The notes under the pieces are model-generated. The model worked only from the letters and a program-made list of their open reading frames with translations, had not been told where the DNA came from and did not search any database. From Chloroflexota bacterium (GTDB taxonomy: Bacteria; Chloroflexota; Dormibacteria; CF-121), in contig VBID01000114.1 of the NCBI GenBank assembly GCA_005880615.1, positions 93,324 to 157,323 on the forward strand: 64,000 nt of DNA, in the 5' to 3' direction. Below, one piece after another: positions 17,827 to 27,927 of this stretch; position 1 is the stretch's first letter; every line of letters starts with the position of its first letter. Made by a program: the position numbers and the translations under genes.

Positions 17827-18852
17827 ATGGCTAACCTGCCAGAGGATCTCGAACGCCTACGACTGGCCGCGCACTCCCAGATCGCGGCGGCCCAGGACCC
17901 CACGGCCCTGGAGCAGCTGCGGGTCGCCCTGCTGGGGAAGAAGGGGACGCTGACCGCCACCCTGCGCGGTCTGGGGAGTCTCCCGCCCACCGAACGGGCC
18001 CAGGCCGGTGAGCGGGCGAACGCGGTGAAGAAAGAGCTGGAGGAGGCGATCGCGGCCCGGGCTGCCGCCCTCGAGGAAGCCCGCCGGGCCGGGCTGGCCG
18101 AGCAGGAGTGGCTCGACATCACATTCATTCCGCAGGACGAGGGGTATGGGCATCTGCACCCGATCACGCTCATCATGCGCGAGATCCGGGCGGTGTTCTC
18201 CCATATCGGCTACACGGTTGCCGTCGGCCCCGAGGTGGAGGACGAGTGGCACAACTTCGAGGCCCTCAACATCCCTGCCGGTCACCCGGCGCGGGACGAC
18301 ATGGATAGCTTCTACGTGGGGTCCGGCGCGCTGCTGCTGCGGACCCATACCTCCCCGGTCCAGATCCGCTACATGGAACAGCACCAGCCGCCCATCCGCA
18401 TCATCGCACCGGGCCGCGTCTATCGGCGAGACTACGACGCGACCCACCTGCCGCAGTTCCACCAGGTCGAGGGGCTGTGCGTGGATAGCGACATCCGCCT
18501 GTCGGACCTGAAGGGCACGCTGGAGTATTTCGCTCGCTCGATCTTTGGCGCCGAGCGCCGGATCCGGTTGACGGGCGACCACTTTCCCTTCACCGAGCCA
18601 AGCGTCGGGGTGGCGGTCTCCTGCGGGATCTGCGGCGGCGCCGGCTGCTCGAGCTGCAAGCGCGGCTGGCTGGAAATCCTGGGGGCGGGGATGGTCCATC
18701 CACAGGTGCTGCGCAATGGCGGCATCGATCCCGCTCGGTACTCGGGTTTCGCCTTCGGCATGGGCCCCGACCGGATCGCCATGCTGAAGTACAACCTGCC
18801 CGACATCCGGAGCATCGTCGAGCCCGACGTGCGGTTCCTGAGGCAGTTCTAG
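17827..18852 (+). CDS. pheS: Phenylalanyl-tRNA synthetase alpha subunit
   Basis: Class II motifs, FTEPSVGVAVSC...GWLEILGAGMVHPQVL. Confidence 0.9.
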   Translation: MANLPEDLERLRLAAHSQIAAAQDPTALEQLRVALLGKKGTLTATLRGLGSLPPTERAQAGERANAVKKELEEAIAARAAALEEARRAGLAEQEWLDITFIPQDEGYGHLHPITLIMREIRAVFSHIGYTVAVGPEVEDEWHNFEALNIPAGHPARDDMDSFYVGSGALLLRTHTSPVQIRYMEQHQPPIRIIAPGRVYRRDYDATHLPQFHQVEGLCVDSDIRLSDLKGTLEYFARSIFGAERRIRLTGDHFPFTEPSVGVAVSCGICGGAGCSSCKRGWLEILGAGMVHPQVLRNGGIDPARYSGFAFGMGPDRIAMLKYNLPDIRSIVEPDVRFLRQF

Positions 18853-21212
18853 TGCTGATCTCGGCTGGCTGGCTGCGCGAGTACGTGGACGTGCCGGCTG
18901 ATACCGCCGCGTTGGCCGAGCGCCTCACCCTGGCCGGGATGGAGGTGGAGCGCATCCAGGAACCGTTTGTGGACGTGGTGGTGGCCGAGGTGGTCGAACT
19001 TCGGCCGCACCCGAACGCCACCAAGCTGCAGCTGGCGCGGGTGAAGACGGGGGACGCCAGCATCGAGGTGGTCACCGGCGCGACCAACCTTTCAAAGGGG
19101 GACCGGGTCCCGCTGGCTCGCGCCGGTGCGCGCCTCGGCAACCGGACCATCAGCGCCGAGGTCTTTCGCGGCGTCCGCTCGGAGGGCATGCTGTGCTCAG
19201 CCATTGAGCTCGGCCTGGGCGAGGATGCCGACGGCATCATGGTCCTGGACCGGAAGGCCCCGCTGGGAGCGGACCTCCGCACCCTGTTCCCGATCGGTCC
19301 GGTGCTGGACATGGAGATCAAGTCCAACCGTCCGGACCTGCTAGCCCACCTCGGGATCGCGCGGGAAATCGCCGCCCTCTACGGCACGGCGCTGCGACCG
19401 CCCGCCTCGCGCCCGGGCAGGGCCCTCGCGGCCGGACCGGCGTCGATCACGATTGAGGATGCGGAAGGCTGCCGCCGCTTCGTCGGCCAGCTGATGCACG
19501 GCGTCAAGGTCGGCCCGTCCCCTAGCTGGATGCAGGCTCGGCTCCGCGCGGCCGGGGTGCGACCCATCAGCAACGTGGTGGACATCACCAACTACGTGAT
19601 GCTGGAGAGCGGCCAGCCCATGCACGCTTTCGACTACGATCGCCTGGCGGGCGGCCGACTGGTGGTGCGCCGAGCCAGGGCCGGGGAGCGGCTCGTCTGC
19701 CTCGATGGGAAGACCCGCGAGCTGACTCCTGACTACCTGGTGGTGGCAGACGCCGAGCGGGCCCAGGCCCTGGCCGGCATCATTGGCGGCGCGGACAGTG
19801 CCGTCCAGGCCGCCACCACGGCCGTCCTCCTGGAAGCAGCCACCTGGGAGCCGCGGCGGATCCGCGCCACGTCTCGGGCGCTCGGCCTACGTTCCGAGGC
19901 CTCGGCTCGGTTCGAACGGGGGCTGAGCCCGGCCCTCAGCAAGCCGGCCGTGGATCGCGCCGCCGCGCTGCTGGCCGAGATCGCCTCGGGCACCGAGGTC
20001 CAGGCCGTCGACGTCTACCCCGTCCCCCTGGTCCAGCGGGCGATCACGGTGCGGAGCGCCGAGCTGGACCGAATCCTGGGCGTCAGCGTCCCCAAGCGGC
20101 AGGCCTCGTCCATCCTGGAGCGGCTTGAGTTCGCAGTGAAATCCACCACCGACGGCCTGCGGGCCACCCCGCCGGCCTTTCGGCTGGACTGCTCGATCCC
20201 CGAAGACATTGCGGAAGAGGTCGGCCGCATCTACGGCTACGATCGCGTGCCGAGCACGCTGCCCGGCGAGCGAAGGCCGGTGATCGACGTCTACCAACTC
20301 GCCGACGCCGACGACCGCGTCAGGGAACTCCTGGCCGGCCTTGGCTTCAGTGAGACCGTCACCTACAGCTTCGCGGAGGCCCATACCGCGACCCTCGTCC
20401 GTCTCCCATCGGCACCCGCCGATGCGCTGACCGTCAGGAATCCCATCCTTGAACGCCGCGACACCTTGCGGGTCAGCCTGCTTTCCGGGCTGCTGGCGAA
20501 TCTTGCCCTCAACGCTCGCCAGGATCAACCCGACACGCGGCTGTTCGAACTGGCGACCGCATTCTGGGGCCGAGCGGGCGATGCCTGGCCGGAGGAGCCA
20601 CGGCTGCTGGCCGTTGCCGCTCATGTGAGCAGTGGCCAGCCGGAGGCGGCGGCCCAGGCGTTACGCAGGCTGGAAGCCGGATTACGCCTGCTCCGGCAGC
20701 GAATCGGGCGCCAGCCCCTGGCTGTCCGGCAGGCCGCGGTGGCAGGCTTCCACCAGGGGCGCTCGGGGGAGATCATCCGCGAGGGCGCCGTCATCGGCGC
20801 GGTCGGCGAGGTCCATCCCGGCGTCCTGCGCACGCTGGAGCTGCCCGGCCGGGCGGTGGTCGCGGAGGTCCTGTTCGACCCCTTCGTCGAATACGGCCTG
20901 GCTGTCCCCCAGGCCTCGCCGCTGGCCCGCTTTCCGGACATCCGCCGCGATCTGACCGTGATCGTTCCGCGCCAGGCAGCCAGTAACGAGCTGCTGCAAG
21001 TTATGCACGAGCACGGCGGTTCTACGTTAAGGGAGATTGCCATGCTCAGCGAATACGAGGGGCCACAACTCCCGTGGGGGACCCGTAGCATCTCGTTCCG
21101 CCTCGTCTACCAGGCTGCCGATCGCACCCTGACGGCGGCCGAGGTCTCAGAGCGCCATGAGGCCATCATCACGGCGCTTCGGCGGCGCTTCGGCGCGGAT
21201 GTGAGGGCCTGA
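18852..21212 (+). CDS. pheT: Phenylalanyl-tRNA synthetase beta subunit
   Basis: MLISAGWLREYV N-terminus, B3/B4 and FDX-ACB regions. GTG overlaps the pheS stop. Confidence 0.9.
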   Translation: MLISAGWLREYVDVPADTAALAERLTLAGMEVERIQEPFVDVVVAEVVELRPHPNATKLQLARVKTGDASIEVVTGATNLSKGDRVPLARAGARLGNRTISAEVFRGVRSEGMLCSAIELGLGEDADGIMVLDRKAPLGADLRTLFPIGPVLDMEIKSNRPDLLAHLGIAREIAALYGTALRPPASRPGRALAAGPASITIEDAEGCRRFVGQLMHGVKVGPSPSWMQARLRAAGVRPISNVVDITNYVMLESGQPMHAFDYDRLAGGRLVVRRARAGERLVCLDGKTRELTPDYLVVADAERAQALAGIIGGADSAVQAATTAVLLEAATWEPRRIRATSRALGLRSEASARFERGLSPALSKPAVDRAAALLAEIASGTEVQAVDVYPVPLVQRAITVRSAELDRILGVSVPKRQASSILERLEFAVKSTTDGLRATPPAFRLDCSIPEDIAEEVGRIYGYDRVPSTLPGERRPVIDVYQLADADDRVRELLAGLGFSETVTYSFAEAHTATLVRLPSAPADALTVRNPILERRDTLRVSLLSGLLANLALNARQDQPDTRLFELATAFWGRAGDAWPEEPRLLAVAAHVSSGQPEAAAQALRRLEAGLRLLRQRIGRQPLAVRQAAVAGFHQGRSGEIIREGAVIGAVGEVHPGVLRTLELPGRAVVAEVLFDPFVEYGLAVPQASPLARFPDIRRDLTVIVPRQAASNELLQVMHEHGGSTLREIAMLSEYEGPQLPWGTRSISFRLVYQAADRTLTAAEVSERHEAIITALRRRFGADVRA

Positions 21213-21775
21213 TGGATTTCCTCGACTTGATGATCATTGCCACCCTGGTGGTCAACATCACGCTGGGCGTCCGCTTTGGCGTGATGAGGCGGGTAGTGGC
21301 CTTCATCGGACTCTTCCTGGGCGTGGGGGCGGCCACCCTGGTGAGCGCCAACAGCTCCATCCACGTGGCATCCACCTTTGGCTTGACGTCCGCGTTGTGG
21401 ACGCACGTGGTCACCTACATCGGGATCGTGGTGGGGTCCGTCCTCCTCTTTGAGATCCTGGGCATGGTCTACTCCCGCTTCCTGGAAAGCCTGGTGGCCG
21501 CCATGTTCGACGCCGCTTCCGGCGGCGTGCTGGGCGCGGTGCTTGGGGTCGTCGAAGTGTCGCTCGGCCTCTATATCGGCATCGGCTTGATCAACACCGC
21601 GTTGCCGGCCGGCTATGCATACCCGCCGTCGTTTGTTCATGCACAGGAGTTGATCGTGGGGTCGTTCTTTGCTCCCCACTTCTACGGGCTGTTTCCACTG
21701 ACGAAGGTGATCTTCGCAGCCGTGCTGCCCAGCAGCATCGGGACGTACTTCACGCAGCTACTGCAAACGAACTAG
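21212..21775 (+). CDS. cvpA: CvpA-family membrane protein
   Basis: MDFLDLMIIATLVVNITLGVRFGVMRRVVAFIGLFLG and 4 TM helices. ATG overlaps the pheT stop. Confidence 0.6.
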   Translation: MDFLDLMIIATLVVNITLGVRFGVMRRVVAFIGLFLGVGAATLVSANSSIHVASTFGLTSALWTHVVTYIGIVVGSVLLFEILGMVYSRFLESLVAAMFDAASGGVLGAVLGVVEVSLGLYIGIGLINTALPAGYAYPPSFVHAQELIVGSFFAPHFYGLFPLTKVIFAAVLPSSIGTYFTQLLQTN

Positions 21776-21837
21776 GCTCAACCTCAGCGAGTCGCACGGG
21801 CGACGAGACCCCGGGGCACGTCAGCCAGCGGAATGAC

Positions 21838-21892
21838 TCACGCATAATGGCGCGATGAGGCCTGAGCCCGAGGGTCCGAGCGTCGCGGTCCA
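21838..21892 (+). repeat. Partial (5'-end) copy of the MITE-like element
   Basis: gcataatggcgcgatgaggcctgagcccgagggtccgagcgtcgcggtcc aligns to 45474-45530 of copy B. It ends 4 nt before GTG 21896. Confidence 0.4.
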
Positions 21893-21895
21893 GCC

Positions 21896-22285
21896 GTGAA
21901 GTCCACGACCAGTCCGACCATTGCGCCGTGGCTTTCGGTCCGCGATGCGACGAGGGCGGTCGAGTACTACCGGGCGGCGTTCGGCGCGGTCGAGGTCTAC
22001 CGGCTCGCCGGGGACGATGGGGCCATCGCGGTCGCGCAGCTGTCGATTGGGGGAGCCATGTTCTGGGTCCAGAACGACGTCGCAGCCAGCCGTGACGGCC
22101 GGGTCACCGGGTCGGTTCGGATCATCCTGTCGGTCGACGATCCAGACTCGGTGTTCGAGCGGGCGGTCGCCGGCGGGGCCACCATCAGAGCGGCGATGCA
22201 CGAAGAGTACGGGTGGCGAACTGGCCGTGTTACCGACCCCTTTGGCCACGACTGGGAGCTGAGCAAGCAGCTCGCCCCCGCGTGA
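21896..22285 (+). CDS. VOC-family (glyoxalase/bleomycin-resistance/PhnB-like) protein
   Basis: Paired beta-alpha-beta-beta-beta modules, VEYYRAAFGAVEVYR...AMFWVQND. Confidence 0.7.
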   Translation: MKSTTSPTIAPWLSVRDATRAVEYYRAAFGAVEVYRLAGDDGAIAVAQLSIGGAMFWVQNDVAASRDGRVTGSVRIILSVDDPDSVFERAVAGGATIRAAMHEEYGWRTGRVTDPFGHDWELSKQLAPA

Positions 22286-22394
22286 GGGTCCCAATCGGAT
22301 AGGCACCCTGATCCGGCGCGAGGCTGACGTTATCGAGCGCCCCGATTCCCTGACCCGACCGCGGCTGGGCCGCGCCTTCTACGCGCGCGACCCG

Positions 22395-22946
22395 GTGACC
22401 CTGGCGCGCGACCTACTGGGTCGCATCCTTTTCTTCGACTCGCCCAAGGGGCTGCTGAGCGGCCGCATCGTGGAGACCGAGGCCTACACCGGCGCGGCCG
22501 ATCCCGCCTCCCACGCCTACCGCGGGGCCACCCCTCGGAACATGGTCATGTTCGGTCCCGCCGGGTACGCCTACGTCTATTTCACCTACGGCATGCACCA
22601 CTGCCTGAACGTGGTGGCCGGGCGGAGGGGCACGGCCGGCGCGGTCCTGCTGCGCTCGCTCGAGCCGCTCGGGGGGCTGGCCGTCATGCAGGACCACGGC
22701 GTGCGGGGCGGGGACGAGCGCCTCTGCAGCGGGCCGGGAAAGATCTGCAAGGCCTTCGGCCTCACCCTCCGGCACAACGGGTTGGATCTGACCCGCGGCC
22801 CGTTGGGGATCGCGGCCGGCCAACCGATTGACGACCGGCTGGTGGAGGTTGGAACGCGCATCGGGATTCGCCGAGCGGCGGACTTCCCCTACCGGTTCAC
22901 GATCGCCGGGAGCGGGAGCCTCTCGGTGCGCGCGCGCCCGGTGTGA
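22395..22946 (+). CDS. mpg: DNA-3-methyladenine glycosylase (AAG/MPG family)
   Basis: LLGRILFFDSPKGLLSGRIVETEAYTGAADPASHAYRG...YFTYGMHHCLNVV. The conserved PRLGRAFYARD lies upstream of GTG 22395 in frame, so the true start may be a non-canonical codon near 22350-22365. Confidence 0.8.
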   Translation: MTLARDLLGRILFFDSPKGLLSGRIVETEAYTGAADPASHAYRGATPRNMVMFGPAGYAYVYFTYGMHHCLNVVAGRRGTAGAVLLRSLEPLGGLAVMQDHGVRGGDERLCSGPGKICKAFGLTLRHNGLDLTRGPLGIAAGQPIDDRLVEVGTRIGIRRAADFPYRFTIAGSGSLSVRARPV

Positions 22947-22998
22947 TTCGACGGCGATGCTTTTTGGCCGGGCTGGGCCGATGCCATACTAACCCGAT

Positions 22999-24048
22999 AT
23001 GCCAGCGTCCACGGTGAACTCGCAGGTGGCGGTCGTGCAGCGACCTTCGGTACTACTCGATCGCAGCGCGACCATCGCCCGGGCCGTGGAGAGCATCGAT
23101 GAAGCGGCGTCGCACGGGGCGAGGCTGATCACCTTTCCCGAAACCTATATCCCCGGCTATCCCGAGTGGATCTGGCGGCTCCGGCCGGGCACGGACTCCC
23201 AGCTGACCGCCGAGATCCATGCCGAGCTGGTCCGCCAGGCGGTCGACCTGAGTACGGACCAGCTGGATCCGATCCTGGCCGCGGCTCGACGTCACAGCGC
23301 GACCGTCGTGGTCGGCCTCCAGGAGCGGGATGCCTCGTTCAGCCGTGGCACGCTGTACAACACGGTGGTGGTGGTCAGCGCCGAGGGCGAGATCGTGAAT
23401 CGCCACCGCAAGTTGATGCCCACTAACCCCGAACGGATGGTGTGGGGCGTCGGCGATGCCGCTGGGCTGAAGGTGCTGGACACCCCAGCCGGCCGGTTGG
23501 GTGGGCTCATCTGCTGGGAAAACTACATGCCGCTGGCCCGCTACGCGCTCTACGCGGAAGGCGTGGAAATTTATGTCGCTCCCACCTGGGACATGGGGCC
23601 GGCCTGGGTCTCATCGATGGTCCACATCGCCCGCGAGGGACGCTGCTGGGTGCTCAGCAACGGCACCTCCCTGCAGGGGCGGGATATCCCGGAGGGCTTC
23701 CCCCATCGAGCCGCCCTTTTTCCCGAACCCGAGGAGTGGATCAACGAGGGCGACTCGGTGATCGTGGCGCCCAACGGCACCATTGTCGCCGGACCGCTCA
23801 ACAAGAAGCACGGCATCCTGTACGCCGAGTGCGACCCGGCGCAAGCGGCCAGCGCGCATCGCACCTTGGACGTGGCCGGTCACTACTCCAGGCCAGACGT
23901 CTTCAGGCTCGAGGTGCGACGCGACGCAGCGGTCCCGGTGACCTTCCGTGACCAGCATCAGCCTCCGGGGGCGACCGCTTCCCAACCCGACGGCGGGTCG
24001 GCCCCGTTGCCAGCACCCAAGAAGACTCGGGAGATCCGGCTCACCTGA
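22999..24048 (+). CDS. Nitrilase/aliphatic amidase (CN hydrolase)
   Basis: ITFPETYIPGYP and CWENYMPLARYALYAEGVEIYVAPTWD (catalytic Cys context). Confidence 0.8.
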   Translation: MPASTVNSQVAVVQRPSVLLDRSATIARAVESIDEAASHGARLITFPETYIPGYPEWIWRLRPGTDSQLTAEIHAELVRQAVDLSTDQLDPILAAARRHSATVVVGLQERDASFSRGTLYNTVVVVSAEGEIVNRHRKLMPTNPERMVWGVGDAAGLKVLDTPAGRLGGLICWENYMPLARYALYAEGVEIYVAPTWDMGPAWVSSMVHIAREGRCWVLSNGTSLQGRDIPEGFPHRAALFPEPEEWINEGDSVIVAPNGTIVAGPLNKKHGILYAECDPAQAASAHRTLDVAGHYSRPDVFRLEVRRDAAVPVTFRDQHQPPGATASQPDGGSAPLPAPKKTREIRLT

Positions 24049-24061
24049 GCCCGAACCCGGG

Positions 24062-26605
24062 CTAGGGCGACGGCTGGGGCTGGAAGGGCGCCATAACCGT
24101 GAAGGTGGTCTGGCCGACCGCCGGGGCATTTCTCGGGTTGTAGTCGTAGGCCTGCACGATGAGGGTGTGAGGCCCCGGGATATGGATGGTCACCTGGTAG
24201 GGGCCTTGCCTGATGATGGCGATCGGCGTACTCCCGCCGTCGAGGAAGAAATCGACCTCCATGATCGCCTGATCGTCCTGCGGGACCGCCGTGATGGTGA
24301 TGCCCCCGTCCGGGAGCTGGGTCAGCATCAGCGGCTGGAGGGTGGGCGGGATGGTTTCCGTCATCACGCTGCAGGTTTGGGTCGGCATGGTCGGGTTGTC
24401 CTTGGCCTTGAGCTCGTCCGGGTACCCCGGCGGATAGACCACGAAGGTCTTGGTGGCGATCAGCTGGGTTGGTGTGTCCGGGGCGGCCAGCAGTCCGTCG
24501 GTCGTGCAGACGCGGACCACCTTGTACCAGTCGTCGTCCCGGTTGGGGGTCAGGCCGGCGACGAACCAGTCCGTCACGGTCTGTCCTGCCGATGAGCAGG
24601 CGGCCGTGGCGCGCAGCCCGCTCGCCTTGCACACCGTCACCTGCTTGAGGCCATCGGGTCGGGTCCAATCGTGCACCGGCTGGCTGGCCTCATAGGCATT
24701 GAAGATGTCGCGGAAGATCAGGCCCGGACCGAAGGCGCCCCAGACCACCCCGGCCGGCGTGGACAGGTCGGAGTTCTCGCCGGGCGGGCAGACGCCGGCG
24801 CACGTGTGTCCCATCCAGGTTCCGATGACGATGTCGGGGTTGTAGCCAATGAACCAGGAGTCGTGCCAGTTCTCGGTGGTGCCGGTCTTGGAGGAAAACG
24901 GGCGGGTGATGTGGAGCGGCGCGCCTACCGGCTTCAGCACGTCGTTCACCAGCCAGGCCACCTGCGGACTGAGCACGCGCACCCCGGGGGTCGGCTTCCA
25001 CTCGGTCAGGGTGTTGCCGTTGCTGTCGGTGACCTTCAGGATCACCACGGGGTCGTGACGCACCCCGCCGTTGGCCAGCACGGCGAACGCGTTGAAGTGT
25101 TCCAGGGGGATGACCTCGCTGGCGCCGATCGCCTGGCCGAGGCCGCGCTCCGGCGTCAGGTTCGAGGAAGTGAGGCCCATCATCCGCGCGGTCTGGAAGA
25201 CCCGAGCGTAGCCGAGCTGCTTGAGCAGCAAGATGGCCGGGATGTTGCGGGATTCCGACAGGGCCTGGCGGAGGGTGATGATGCCTTCGCTCTTGTGGTC
25301 CCAGTCCACGAAGGGCTGGCCGTTGATCTTGCCCTCCTCGTCGTTGGAGACGTTGGCCGGCCCCAACCCATTGGAAAAGGCCGTGGAGTAGACGTAGATC
25401 TTGAAGGACGAGCCGGGCTGGCGCCCGGGCCGGCTGGTAATGACGTTGAATTCCCCGCCGATGCCCCGGTCGTAGTAGTTGGCGCTGCCCACCATGGCCA
25501 GCACCTGCCCGGTGGCCGGGTCGATCACCTCGGCCGCCCCGTTGTTGACATTCTTGGCGCGCAGGTCGGGCCGGTTGACATTGCTGGCTACCGCCGCCTC
25601 GGCGATTTTCTGCAGCCCGGAATCCAGGGTGGTGGTCACCTGCAGGCCGCCGGCCCGCACCACCTCCGGACCGTACTGGCGGTCGAGCGTCTGCAGGATG
25701 TAGTCCACGAACCAGGGGGCCGTCACGTTCTGCTGCAGCGTGCCGTTCTTGTAGACCAGCTTCTCGCTCACGGCCGTGTCGTATTCTTGGGCGGTGATGT
25801 GGTGGTCGCGCAGCATGGCCCGCAGCACGATGAGCTGGCGGTTGCGGGCGGCGTCGCCGGTCTGCGGGTCGAAGGGGTCGAAGTCGGAGGGGGCGTTCGG
25901 GATGCCCGCCAGCAGGGCGGCCTCGGCGATGTCCAGGTCTTTGGCGGACTTGGCGAAGTAGGTCTGGGCGGCGGCCTCGGCGCCGTACGCCTCATGGCCG
26001 TAATAGATCTCGTTCAGGTAGAGAGTCAGGATCTCGGTCTTGGTGTAGCGGCGCTCGATGTCGAGGGCCAGCACGGCCTCCTTGATCTTGCGCTCGACGC
26101 TGCGCTCATTGGTGAGTAGGGTCGCCTTGACCAGCTGCTGGGTGATGGTGCTGCCACCCTGGGCGGCCCGCACGTGGGTGATGTCGGCCAGCGCTGCCCC
26201 AATGACCCGGCGGAAGTCGATGCCGTGATGGGTGTAGAAGGTGCGGTCCTCCAGCGAGACCGTCGCCTGCACCAGGTGGGGCGAGATCGCACTCAGCGGG
26301 ACCACGGTCCGGATCCCCTCCGAGGTGTGCTTGACGTAGAGCAGCACCCCATTGCGGTCGTAGATCTTGGTCGACTGGGCCAGCTCGCGCACCCGCAACG
26401 AGTTGGTGTCCGGGAGATCGCGAGTGTACGTCTGGTACTTATCGAAGGCCTCGGCCCCCCCGCCCAGGCTCATGGTGAAGAGCACGGTCAGGGTGACGAC
26501 CGCGAACTTCGCCAGCATGCCGCGCCCATTGCGGCGGCGTCGCATGCGGGTGACGGTGAGGACTCGCAGGGCGGCCCGGCGGGCCAGGGCGTGTCTACTC
26601 AGCAT
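24062..26605 (-). CDS. Class A penicillin-binding protein (glycosyltransferase GT51 plus transpeptidase) with C-terminal Ig-like extension
   Basis: GT51 motifs (RVIGAALADITHVRAAQGGSTITQQLVK), transpeptidase SSFK, KSG/KTG box, and about 170 aa extra at the C-terminus. Start at ATG 26605 or 26659. Confidence 0.85.
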   Translation of the reverse strand: MLSRHALARRAALRVLTVTRMRRRRNGRGMLAKFAVVTLTVLFTMSLGGGAEAFDKYQTYTRDLPDTNSLRVRELAQSTKIYDRNGVLLYVKHTSEGIRTVVPLSAISPHLVQATVSLEDRTFYTHHGIDFRRVIGAALADITHVRAAQGGSTITQQLVKATLLTNERSVERKIKEAVLALDIERRYTKTEILTLYLNEIYYGHEAYGAEAAAQTYFAKSAKDLDIAEAALLAGIPNAPSDFDPFDPQTGDAARNRQLIVLRAMLRDHHITAQEYDTAVSEKLVYKNGTLQQNVTAPWFVDYILQTLDRQYGPEVVRAGGLQVTTTLDSGLQKIAEAAVASNVNRPDLRAKNVNNGAAEVIDPATGQVLAMVGSANYYDRGIGGEFNVITSRPGRQPGSSFKIYVYSTAFSNGLGPANVSNDEEGKINGQPFVDWDHKSEGIITLRQALSESRNIPAILLLKQLGYARVFQTARMMGLTSSNLTPERGLGQAIGASEVIPLEHFNAFAVLANGGVRHDPVVILKVTDSNGNTLTEWKPTPGVRVLSPQVAWLVNDVLKPVGAPLHITRPFSSKTGTTENWHDSWFIGYNPDIVIGTWMGHTCAGVCPPGENSDLSTPAGVVWGAFGPGLIFRDIFNAYEASQPVHDWTRPDGLKQVTVCKASGLRATAACSSAGQTVTDWFVAGLTPNRDDDWYKVVRVCTTDGLLAAPDTPTQLIATKTFVVYPPGYPDELKAKDNPTMPTQTCSVMTETIPPTLQPLMLTQLPDGGITITAVPQDDQAIMEVDFFLDGGSTPIAIIRQGPYQVTIHIPGPHTLIVQAYDYNPRNAPAVGQTTFTVMAPFQPQPSP

Positions 26606-26697
26606 GTAAACCCGCCGACTATAACGGTTTGGGTCCAAAAAAGGTGACTCTGCGCGCATTCAAACCCAACTCGGATGGCGTATATACTCGCCTGCAC

Positions 26698-27906
26698 GTG
26701 ACGACACGAGTTGGTGACGAAACGGCAAAGGACGGACAGGCAACGGCGCAGGATTGGGAGCGGCTAACCGCCGGGGCGGTCGAGATCGTTGACGCCAAGC
26801 ACCTTCAGGACCGCCTAGCCCGGGGCGATCGGCTGCGGGTCAAGCTCGGGCTCGACCCAACCAGGCCGGACATCCACCTCGGCCACACCGTGGTTCTTCG
26901 TGCCTTACGGCGCTTCCAGGAGCGGGGCCACAAAGCCATACTGATCATCGGCGATACAACAGCGCAGATTGGGGATCCGTCTGGGCAGAGCGCGACGCGG
27001 CCGCAACTCAGCCGTAAAGAAGTTGAATCCGCTGCGGGGACGTACTTGCAGCAGGCCTGGAAGATCTTGGACGAAGCGGAAACCGAGGTCCGCTGGCAGT
27101 CAGAGTGGTTCGACAAGATGAACCTCGCTGATCTAGTTCGCCTAATGAGCTATTACACAGTTGCCAAGATGCTTGCTCGCGAGGACTTCGCCAAGCGCCA
27201 TAGGGAGGCGCGGCCCATCGGCCTACATGAGTTGCTGTATCCGCTTTTGCAAGCTTATGACTCGGTAGCGGTCAAGGCAGACCTCGAACTTGGTGGGACA
27301 GACCAGACCTTCAATCTGCTGGTCGGCCGCGACATACAGCAAGCTTTCGGCCAGCCAGCCCAGGACATCATGACCACCCCCCTCCTTGAGGGGATCGATG
27401 GTATCCAGAAGATGAGCAAGAGCCTTGACAACTACGTCGCGATCGACGAGGAGCCACAGGAGATCTACAGAAAGATCCTTAGCATTCCAGACTCCCTAAT
27501 CCCGCGCTATTTCCGCCTTGCAACGCTGATGTCGCCTGGCGAGCTGAGAGAGATAGAGGTCCGGCTCAAGCTCGGGGAGAACCCGTTAGAGCTCAAGAAG
27601 CAACTAGCCAAGCTGATTATCGCCGAGCTTCGAAGTCCGCTCGAGGCGGAGCACGTTTACGAAGACATCCGTACGCACGTCTCGTACAAGAATCGGCCTA
27701 TTAAGCCCGATCCTCGGCCACTGTCCCAGCTCTTCATAGATGCGGGACTTGCAAACAGCAAGAGCGAGGTGCGCCGGCTCGTCAGCCAGAATGGGATATT
27801 CATTAACGAGCAACTTGTCGTGCATCCGGATGGAGTCGTCACGCCAGAGACGGGCATGCTCTTGAGACGCGGCCGGCACCACGCAGTGCGGCTCGTGGTG
27901 CAGTAG
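26698..27906 (+). CDS. tyrS: Tyrosyl-tRNA synthetase (Thermus-type short form)
   Basis: HLGH and KMSKS motifs, C-terminal S4-like domain. Start GTG 26698 or TTG 26629, in a divergent overlap region shared with the PBP gene. Confidence 0.85.
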   Translation: MTTRVGDETAKDGQATAQDWERLTAGAVEIVDAKHLQDRLARGDRLRVKLGLDPTRPDIHLGHTVVLRALRRFQERGHKAILIIGDTTAQIGDPSGQSATRPQLSRKEVESAAGTYLQQAWKILDEAETEVRWQSEWFDKMNLADLVRLMSYYTVAKMLAREDFAKRHREARPIGLHELLYPLLQAYDSVAVKADLELGGTDQTFNLLVGRDIQQAFGQPAQDIMTTPLLEGIDGIQKMSKSLDNYVAIDEEPQEIYRKILSIPDSLIPRYFRLATLMSPGELREIEVRLKLGENPLELKKQLAKLIIAELRSPLEAEHVYEDIRTHVSYKNRPIKPDPRPLSQLFIDAGLANSKSEVRRLVSQNGIFINEQLVVHPDGVVTPETGMLLRRGRHHAVRLVVQ

Positions 27907-27927
27907 ACTTTCAGGTCGGGTTCTGCC

